From Catajapyx aquilonaris (lineage: Eukaryota), in the NCBI GenBank assembly GCA_000934665.2, contig KZ538319.1, positions 62,001 through 83,382 on the forward strand: a stretch of DNA of 21,382 bases, in the 5' to 3' direction. The notes below the pieces were generated by a model. It made no database searches, was not told where the DNA came from, and was given only the letters and a program-made list of their open reading frames with translations. Positions within the stretch are counted from its first letter, which is position 1; each line of letters opens with the position of its first letter. Both the position numbers and the translations under genes were made by a program. Below are positions 9,701-17,180 of this stretch, piece after piece.

Positions 9701-12271
9701 TGCTCTTCAGTGGTCAACATGGTTCACCTGCAGAAAGACACATCATCACATTACAAAGCAAATCACAGACCTCCCTATTGATGCAGGACTTTTCGGTGAA
9801 GGATTCGAGTTTTCACTTCTTCCAGGTTTTTGAGGACAATATGTAACTCTGACTCAAAGTTTCCTTGAAATTCAAATTCATATATTGTAAATAACATGCA
9901 AAATAATTCCAGAACACATCAAGACACTGGCTATTGACTCACCGTGACATTCCCTTTAATGTGCATTGTAAGCATTTCCTTCTTCCTCATCATTGGCAGA
10001 CGTCTGAGTGGTTCCTTCTTCTCCTCTGAGAGGTTCATGTCATCTAGCATCTTCTCATACTCAAGATTAATCTCGTCGTCATTCTTGTGCTCCAGGTAAA
10101 ATTCTTCCTGCTCAATAAAGTCACTCTCGGAGTGCGGACGAGGAAGGGGCGGGTGAGAACCCACCCTTCCCCCCTTCTTTGGACGCCCAAAACCACCAAC
10201 CATCTTGTCCAGCTGCCAAGAGTCCAAAGGACACCATCTTAACCTCGGAAGCTTCATGCAACAAAACTGATAACGTGGCTTTAGTTGATAAGAGTTTAAA
10301 GCTCATGATTTTACACCAACAGCAACCTGCACCAGCAATACTCGAACATTCAATGTACATTATATATAGTATATCCTACATCAGACAAAAAGATTTGAGA
10401 CAATTTTGAATTCCTCTTCAATTCAAAATTGTCTCAATATCTTTGTATGATAGAGTATTTAGCCAGTTGCCTGTAAATGTTCAATTAATATCCACATGCT
10501 TCCTTTGTGAACTTCCAGATGACATTGCTGTTAAACACTTATATTCTCTGACTAATTACAAAGTCCACTCAGATGAATGTGAGGTAGTCAACTGTGGATA
10601 TGGTCACAAATAAAATGCAGGTTTAAGATGTGAAAAAGAAGAAAAAAAGAAGAAAAAAAAAACTGACGTCTGATATACAAGTTTTCTAAATTTGGTTCAC
10701 CTCCAAGTGGTAGGGGAACCCTGTTGACAGATTGACTATGTAGATTACTCCCCTCTAGTCATCCCTTTAGCACTTGCAATATCTAACAAATACCCAAAAT
10801 TATCTTTACATACATGAAACAACCAAAGCTTAATTAAATTAAAACATCCTGTACAAGAGCCACTGTCACTAATTTCAAAATATCATGTAATGCACAGAAT
10901 GTGTCTGCATGAGTCCATGGGTCCCTAGTACCAAAATAGTGACCATGTGTCATGATATAATTGCCTTAGTAACCAGTTAAAATGCAGGAAAAAGGGAAGC
11001 AGTCATCCCCACCTCCTTTGTCCTGGTCCCCATTCCTACTATTACTCACGAATTCATCAATCTGGTCAACAATGAAAATATGAAAGTGGCAGATTTTCAC
11101 AGTGAATAGGGGGCACTATGAAGACAGTTCCAATGTCCAGAAGGGTCAGTTAAGCTCACTATTATTTTGAACCCTACTGATGTACTGCATGCCAATACCC
11201 TCATTTTCAACCCATTTTGATTTATGCTAACCATTCTGATTTGAGTCTCAAGACCATGGAAATTTTGCAGAAAGCTAGGCAAGACCCTCCTCTTGGGTTA
11301 CAGTAAAATCCAACAACAAGAAAGCATTAAACATGGCTGTTGAAGACATGAAAGCACGGAGAAGTAATGCATTGTTGGCAATTGTTACTCATGACATCAT
11401 CAGTGGTCACCTGATTGCAACCAGCTTTGAACATTCATACCTTCCGTTTAGACCAACAGTAAATCTCGCACTTTCACCAGCACACTTTATGAAGGTCAAG
11501 TGATGTTAAGAAGGGTGTAGTGGTTATCACCCCAGCCTTCTACCTCTGAGGTCCTGCATTCAAACCCTGAATCACACAGAGGAATTTCTCCTGTACAAAA
11601 AGCTTTGATGGGTTCTCTCCATGCTTGCTTGGGTTTTCCTGTTTTTCCTCCCAATCAAAATCCATCAAAGCACACTCGTGAATACATACTGGTATGGGAA
11701 TTGAAAAGATGATCCCCAATTATAGGCTTTTCAAGGGGTATCTGATTATGTATATGAGATGTTGTAAAAAAATCTCAAGTTTTAATTTTGGGACAGGGGC
11801 CCTTTAAGTTCACAGTTATGTCATTCATAATTATTAAAACATTTGAACTACACTGTACTCCCAATTATTTGGATGCAGATTATCCATGCATTGTTCAAGA
11901 AAGGTTAGAACTGAAAGTAAGACAAAATGTCAATATGTCTTGCAAACAAAGAAATATAACAAACTTTTTCCAGAAGACAAATTAAAAATCTATGGTAAGT
12001 TTTATGATTTTGATAAAACCTTTTTGAAACTAAAGCAGCAAACACTATGTAGAATAGTTAATTTTAAAACCTCTGAATGGCTCAATTTTATGGTATCGAG
12101 GACTGTTTTTGAATCATCCTGTTTTCGAATTATACTGTTTAACTACTATCTGGGTACACCTGTGCATTACTTAGCAAGGATAATCAGGAGTACAGTGTAG
12201 TAAGAAGAATTTTAATCATAACCAATTACACTCACAAAGCTGGCAGTCTTCATTTTGTCCTGACGAGACAT
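491..12271 (-). CDS. dia: Protein diaphanous (Diaphanous-related formin), spliced gene, 3' end outside window; join(12271-12236,10212-9943,8857-8351,8073-7727,7191-6746,6177-5999,5337-4918,3524-3027,1291-1127,731-491)
   Basis: Exons joined by hand at GT-AG sites with matching phases (0,0,0,2,1,0,0,0,0,1) give 3109 nt of open frame. Domain order: GBD/FH3 (ESLRIALTNNPLSWV, FRIHLRNEF), FH1 polyproline, FH2 (NWKKI, ILLVGNYMN) and DAD (GVMDSLLEALKNGSAF plus basic RKR). Confidence 0.96.
1127..1291 (-). CDS. dia: dia coding exon 9 (FH2 C-terminal helices)
   Basis: cag|AGT TTT TCG ... CAG|gtcagt; 165 nt; LADYFVFD...EEFFGDIKTF. Confidence 0.94.
1292..3026 (-). other. U12-type (minor spliceosome) GT-AG intron, dia intron 8
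   Basis: 5' splice site GTATCCTTTT; branch site TTCCTTGAC at 1311-1303, with the branch A 13 nt from the 3' end; no polypyrimidine tract. Confidence 0.9.
1697..2554. mobile_element. piggyBac-like non-autonomous element (858 bp)
   Basis: TTAA TSD at 1693-1696 and 2555-2558; TIR CCYTAATAAGACGGG (14/15); subterminal hairpin GTGTCTCAgcataTGAGACAC; no transposase. Confidence 0.85.
3027..3524 (-). CDS. dia: dia coding exon 8 (FH2 post, GNYMN)
   Basis: cag|ATA TCA AGC ... ATG GTG|gtatcctttt; 498 nt; LELILLVGNYMNAGS, TLTHYL. Confidence 0.95.
3773..4629. mobile_element. piggyBac-like non-autonomous element nested in the 8-bp-TSD element
   Basis: TTAA at 3769-3772 and 4630-4633; TIR CCTGTTGA(G/C)GGC (11/12); subterminal palindrome CCATCATATGATGG. 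Confidence 0.8.
4266..4544 (+). mobile_element. tRNA-derived SINE with poly-T tail
   Basis: Pol III A box TGGTCTAGTGG (4277-4287) and B box GGTTCAAATCC (4320-4330); T18 tail; 15-bp TSD AAGTTGT(A/T)ATTCATT (4251-4265, 4545-4559). Confidence 0.88.
4918..5337 (-). CDS. dia: dia coding exon 7 (FH2)
   Basis: tag|ATT ACA CCG ... ACG|gttagt; 420 nt; FWVK...LKVLDSKCAQNISI...AEQF. Confidence 0.95.
5999..6177 (-). CDS. dia: dia coding exon 6 (end of FH1, start of FH2 lasso)
   Basis: aag|GT ATG GGA ... AAG|gttgga; LPFGMKPKRKW...LRRTNWKK. Confidence 0.93.
6246..6600. mobile_element. Possible Tc1/mariner-like fragment (one terminus only; right boundary approximate)
   Basis: TA|CAGGGGTTGGACAGAATAATAG resembles a Tc1-type TIR, and there is an internal repeated AAGC(G/T)CTATCGATG. 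No partner TIR was found. Confidence 0.35.
6746..7191 (-). CDS. dia: dia coding exon 5 (coiled coil and FH1 polyproline)
   Basis: cag|G ACA GCG TAC ... CCA G|gtatag; [21 protein letters not shown] followed by GGPPPPPMPG repeats. Confidence 0.95.
7495..7682. mobile_element. pogo/Tigger-like MITE
   Basis: TIR (C/G)AGT(A/T)GACTCTGGATATAAC (18/20); internal repeat GACTCTCGGTTATAGC. Flanks are TC/TC rather than the canonical TA. Confidence 0.7.
7727..8073 (-). CDS. dia: dia coding exon 4 (FH3/dimerisation)
   Basis: cag|AGC ACT TGT ... ATT AG|gttgga; 347 nt, ends in phase 2; LQLINALV...FRIHLRNEF...FLSILQHLLFIRDD. Confidence 0.95.
8351..8857 (-). CDS. dia: dia coding exon 3 (GBD/FH3 armadillo repeats)
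   Basis: cag|AGG TAT GGC ... AGG|gtatgt; 507 nt; contains ESLRIALTNNPLSWVQEFG. Confidence 0.95.
9100..9400. repeat. Degenerate foldback/palindromic element (old MITE)
   Basis: Nested inverted matches: GACCACAACAAGTGCT vs AGCACTTTTGCGGCC, TTGGTAAATGAC vs GTCATCTACCAA, AAAACTGACA vs TGTCAGTTTT. Confidence 0.55.
9438..9792. mobile_element. Foldback-type element with inverted arms of about 125 bp
   Basis: About 9438-9560 pairs with about 9663-9792 (e.g. GGGAGGTCTGTGATTTGCTTTGTAATG exact; CATGTTGACCACTGA exact). TSD not resolved. Confidence 0.75.
9943..10212 (-). CDS. dia: dia coding exon 2 (N-terminal/GBD region)
   Basis: cag|CTG GAC AAG ... ACG|gtgagt; 270 nt; YEKMLDDMNLSEEKKEPLR is a typical Dia GBD motif. 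Confidence 0.93.
11511..11670 (+). mobile_element. Degenerate tRNA-derived SINE (boundaries approximate)
   Basis: A-box-like GGTGTAGTGG and B-box-like GCATTCAAACCC at tRNA-like spacing, followed by a GGGTTCTCTCC...GGGTTTTCCTG body. Confidence 0.5.
11851..12197. mobile_element. Tc1/mariner/pogo-type MITE with TA TSD
   Basis: TA|CACTGTACTCCCAATTAT ... ATAATCAGGAGTACAGTG|TA (16/18 TIR); ends 38 bp from dia coding exon 1. Confidence 0.75.
12236..12271 (-). CDS. dia: dia coding exon 1 (MSRQDKMKTASF); the exon probably starts at 12325 with 5' UTR
   Basis: ATG at 12271 and GTGAGT donor at 12235. Upstream acceptor tttacttttattcccgcctAG at 12326-12327. Splices in phase 0 to LDKMVGGFGRPKK and resembles the insect Dia N-terminus (MSR.K...LD...GRP.K). 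Confidence 0.8.
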
Positions 12272-12530
12272 TTTGGAAGAGCTTTGATCCCCTCTCCTTG
12301 GATTCCTCTGCCACGGTGGCTCACACTAGGCGGGAATAAAAGTAAACACATCACACACATCTCTTATCATGCAAACATGCAGCAGACTCATACACTATTT
12401 TTTATGCAGCACTACACCACTGGCACACATGCCACGCCATATGTTGCATATGCATCACAAATGATGAAAACCACCTGTTGTATTGACATTTCTTTGGACT
12501 CTTACTGGACCTATGTGTTTTTAAGATGTG

Positions 12531-12533
<3 letters not shown>

Positions 12534-12581
<48 letters not shown>
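12534..12581. repeat. (TTA)16 microsatellite
   Basis: Sixteen perfect TTA units read directly from the sequence. Confidence 0.97.
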
Positions 12582-12582
<1 letters not shown>

Positions 12583-12767
12583 GATAAATATGACCATTAA
12601 GTCAGTCATATTACGAAGTAACTTGGGAGGTACAAAATAATAGTCCTATTTTAATTGGAATAATGATGGCAAAGAAATTTATTTATAAAAAAATGATGTT
12701 TCTTTTCTATACTCTGCATAAAGAAAATGAGTGTCATCAAATGGTACACATGACTTGTTCCTAGACT

Positions 12768-13152
12768 TTATTATTATTATTATTATTTTTTATTTTTTTA
12801 TTTTTTTATTTTTTTTTACGTTACCCCGTGCTAGGGCCATGGGCCCTTTTAGGGGGGTGGGATACCACCATTTGCTTCAATTTTCTATTTTTCTTCTTCA
12901 CTCCGGTGCAAGGATGAAAGGACATGGGGAAGGGATAGGGAATTTTTGGGGAGGGAACATGGGTGCAAGGTGCACGTCTGCAAACGGGTCATGTGCTGTT
13001 CCCCAGGAGGTTAGGTTGCCAGACACCTCCTTGGTGCAGGTCAGAGACCCTCCTGACGCAGGTGAAAGGAAAGTTCCCCAGGCGGGGATCGAACCTGGGG
13101 CCTTTCACACAGCAAGCCGTGACGTTACCATCACGGCCACCACACCTCCCCC
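12768..13152 (-). mobile_element. tRNA-derived SINE with A-rich/(TAA)n tail
   Basis: Minus-strand A box TGGCCGTGATGG (13139-13128) and B box GGTTCGATCCC (13095-13085); A-rich tail; exact 11-bp TSD GTTCCTAGACT (12757-12767, 13153-13163). Confidence 0.9.
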
Positions 13153-13563
13153 GTTCCTAGACTATTATTTTCCTAAGAGACTGTTATACTGTCAATGGCT
13201 CTATCATTTTGTCAATGAGGTACTGACAAGTTTTGCCTCCTGATGGTAGGGAATGACATTGGTTGGAACTGCCTAAATGTGCAAAAGAGCACATGAGAAT
13301 TTGAAAATTTTGCCAGACCCCACTGGTGATCAATATTGCTGTACTTTTGAAAAATGATGCATCTGCACATAACTGTACAATCAAATTTTCAGGCAACCCA
13401 TCTAAAAGTTGACCTTACTACTATGTGCATTTGCATTGTTTCTGAAAAGTAGGGCAGAATAACTTTACTTATTTAACCTTCCACTACCGCATGATGGCTA
13501 CCTGTCTCCTACAGTCAAGGCCCAAGTGGCACACTATTTTTGTACAGCCTGTCTGCACTTATA

Positions 13564-13943
13564 TAGGGTGTTCCAAGTACTTGAGTTGCTTTAAGGCCAT
13601 TTCACAAAAAAATGTCGCGCGGCAAACAGCGCGACTTGCGGCAAATTTTTTATTTATATTTATTGTTGCCAACAATTGGCAACAATAAATATAAATAAAA
13701 AATTTGCCGCAAGTCGCGCCGTTTGCCGCGCGACATTTTTTTGTGAAATGGCCTTTAGTTATAGGAAATTTTGGTCGAAGCTGTAATTTTTTGTAGCTCG
13801 GTGCACCCCAATCCACGTGTCCTATTATGTAACATCTTGGAGTAATTGGGAACTTGAATCAGGGCGCAACAAGCTACACAAACACAACTACTTCAGGCGC
13901 TATTAGAGATAACTAAAAACAACTTAGACACTGGAACACCTTG
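13564..13943. mobile_element. Tc1/mariner-like MITE (TA TSD), interrupted in its left arm
   Basis: TA|TAGGGTGTTCCA ... TGGAACACCTTG|TA. The inverted similarity continues across the nested insertion once that insertion is removed. Confidence 0.72.
13594..13754. mobile_element. PIF/Harbinger-like palindromic MITE (161 bp)
   Basis: 79-bp arms with 1 mismatch and a 3-nt loop (CAA); ends AGGCCATTTCACA; TTA TSD at 13591-13593 and 13755-13757. Confidence 0.9.
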
Positions 13944-15091
13944 TATGTTGTGTACATTTTTGCTTAAGGTTCAATTGTCCATAAAACAAGCTCATTTTTA
14001 TGTCAGTCACAACTGACCTTCTTTCTTAAACACTCTGCATATAAACATATAAATACAACTTCAGCCAGAGACCAACAAAGTACCAGATGCTAGTGTTCAA
14101 AAGAGTTTGCATAAATATCCGTACTTGGATTCCCACCTCTGCTAAACGTAAAGTGACCAGGTAATAATTGCCAGGCACTTTACACAACAACATCGGACTA
14201 CTATTACATATTATGCTTAAAATTTTACATGCATAATTTTACTATATTTGAAAATTCTGCATACACAACGTTACAGTCCTAGTAGCTCTGTACACAGCGA
14301 TGCAGGAGAAAGTTACACTAGCGGAGGGTTCCCTTATCCCATTACTCATCTGATAATTCACCAGTCTCCGGTTCTAACATCCCACCAGCGTGAAATATCA
14401 CGCACTGTGTTGCTCATTGCCACCTCAGAAACAGTTGGCCTCGGTTGGCATGCATGACACACTTGTCATACACTCACTGACAGTAGTGAAAACACCTGTT
14501 TTACAAATACTGCCAAACCAAAACTCCCACGAATTAATTATGGAAAACACTATTCTCCTGTAAACCAAAGGTCAATGGGTTAAGGTCACTGTCTTCTCCG
14601 TTCACGGCCCTTGGTCCGCCCCTGGGCCAAATTCGCCTGTTTGTGGTGGTATAGGATGCCATCAGCCTTGAGTCAGTAGGGTTCTTACGTGTCCTGCGTC
14701 CCGTCTTGGCTCGAAAACCTAGTCCATTTGTGACAAGCGGCCGGAACACACCCACAGGAAATAAAACGGACATTCTTTTTGGTTTCTTTACAAGATGGAA
14801 TACCGGCGATGGCTCCTAGGTGGCGGGACGGGCAGGGCCGAGAGTAGCGCAGCTAATATATTAACAGCTGCACACTAGACGTTATGGTCAATATTAGCTG
14901 GAGTTCAAATCTCCCGAATTCAAGAATTCTGCACCAAACAAGACTAGATATTTCAAGGCACCCACATGCACAAATAAGTCAGTAACCTTCCACTTGTAAT
15001 GATAAGTATTTTAAGAACAAACCGTACCGGTGATTGGGGAGTTATGTTCCCCATTATGTTCCGATGTGACCAAAGCTTGGATGTGGCGGCC

Positions 15092-15206
15092 AAGTTTGTT
15101 TACTAACAGTGATGCCAATGATGGTCACACCGTTGCTATAGGCAACACTGACCGATACTCATGTGTGGTATGTTACATGTTGGTATCACTGTTAGTAAAC
15201 AAACTT
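15092..15206. repeat. 27-bp inverted repeat (MITE-like) enclosing an X-box-like palindrome
   Basis: AAGTTTGTTTACTAACAGTGAT(G/A)CCAA at 15092-15118 vs 15180-15206 (26/27); GTTGCTATAGGCAAC at 15132-15146. Confidence 0.7.
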
Positions 15207-16395
15207 AATGTAAGTACAGCACGTAATGTTATTATTCCTGTAACTTCTGTTCTACACGTTTTGTTTTTTTTTGCGCTGAAATTGCAATTGCCGCACTCCT
15301 CTGCGTCAGTGGTAGCCTACTAGGTCCCTGCGCACTCGTTTTTCAAGTAAGTATCACGACAGAGCTGTATTTCGCGCCGACCTAAACTTCCCATTTAGGC
15401 TACCACAGTGGCCCTTATTACGTCACATGGACCCATTACATATTCAGAAGAAAAAAAAAACATGCGGGATGGTGGTCATGTGTCAACTCCGTCTGAGTTC
15501 TGGTGCTGGGATGACCCACATAATATAAGATCTCCGAGAAGCTAGAGAGGAATAATATTAACAGTGGTATATAATTTTTATGCACGATAATTATGAATAA
15601 ATGGTACATACTACTTGATTTAAATACGTGACTGATGTTTATAAAGACAGTACAAGTCCTCAGTTCTTCGCCGCCGACGCCCTAATATCAGTTTGTTAAG
15701 AAGGTAGTGTTTTTGTATCGGAAATAACTCACTTCCCACTGAAATTAACCGTTAGCTTTCGTCATCATCAGCTAGACACACATTTTCCTATACAAATGCT
15801 ATGGAAGCACGAAAGTTAATTAAAAACCCAATTAATGATTACATCATTATGATACGTATATTAGGCGACATCCAATGGAATGTAATAGCAATAATAATAA
15901 TAAACATCTTCGTGAAACCTATCATAATATGGGCTACTCAAAGGTCTAAAGCATTATCTTTAAGAAAAGGAAGCTCCCACAGACGGCTTATCTGAATCCC
16001 ACCTCGGCGGCCTCCGGATCATCCACCGCGATAACTGAACCAGTATACTGTGGTTCACACTCACAGGATATACGCATGTCGACGTAACTGCCGATAGCGC
16101 ACTACTCGAATAGGCCTATTATATATTTTTAAAAATCACAGAGAAACTTTAAAGATTGTAAGAAATAAAAGAGAAAAAATGCTGCTGTCGTAAAACTTTG
16201 CTAAACTTTCATTTCAAAGAGACAGAGAGGAGTAACATGTGATTTAACATTAGGTTGGGGGATCAATATTATTGTAACAACTTACAAAACAGGCGAGTAA
16301 TTATTGGACAAAATATTATCAACAATCCACACCTATATTCAGTGCTTTCCAACTGGTATATTCGCAATGTTTAGGGGTTTTTAGCGCCAAGCTGC

Positions 16396-17180
16396 TTATT
16401 TTAAACTTGCATTATCTGTATGTAGCGACATCGTTTGTTCAGAGAGAATAAAAGATTGAATATGAGTCTTCAAGGCTTTGGCACGTTCGCAGCAAGGAAT
16501 CACAAAAGCCTTGTCTTTGGATCCTTCAGTGACAATCTCTTTAGTTGCAGCTCCAAGGCGGACAAGTACGTGAAGACCATTCTTTAGAGTGGACAGAGAC
16601 AAGCTTGAATACTGATACTTGGTGTCATCCCTGTCCAGAAGAGACTGAAGTTCCTCTTGGGCTAACTCTAGTACTTTCTTTTCATCCAGGCTACCAGACA
16701 TGGTTGAAATAACAGCAGCCACTGAAGCGTAGGCAGTTAGAAAATGGTTGAGCTGGTATGACATCAAACTGGTCAATGAGACGTTTTTTCCGAAAGTAAG
16801 TCCTTTCGGAGTTTCTTGGGCAACTCCCAGAAGACAAGCCTCTTGTACTACTTCAACTATTCCTTCGCTAGTAGTTTTTAAGAATATAAAGTCTTCTGAC
16901 AGGAGGTTCAAAAGAAATGTCAATTCCTGATCGATGATCTTGTTCTGCCGATGGTTCTGCAGAGCTGCGACCAATATGGCCGACCGGACCAGGAACTGCA
17001 GGCTTTTGTTTCTCTCATGCTGTAGTAAGATGTGAACTATAGCAACTTCTAGAGTGGAAGACTTCAGATGATGCAGGCGAAACTTCTGCTCTGCGGTGTT
17101 TCTGAGTCGCACCATTTTGTCTTCAGTTAGCATAACTATGGAATGATGTGCACGCAAAGCTTTTTCCAGATCGTTTTCCT
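16396..17180 (-). CDS. GNPAT: GNPAT-like terminal coding exon 8
   Basis: cag|AG GAA AAC ... in phase with the 253-aa ORF; LQHERN, LLSEDFIF, YSSLSLSTLKNGL; stop TAA at 16398-16396. Confidence 0.87.

Noticed and set aside
12284..13243. ORFs with poly-Ile/Phe runs resembling membrane proteins
   Set aside because: Translations of the (TTA)n microsatellite and the SINE tail.
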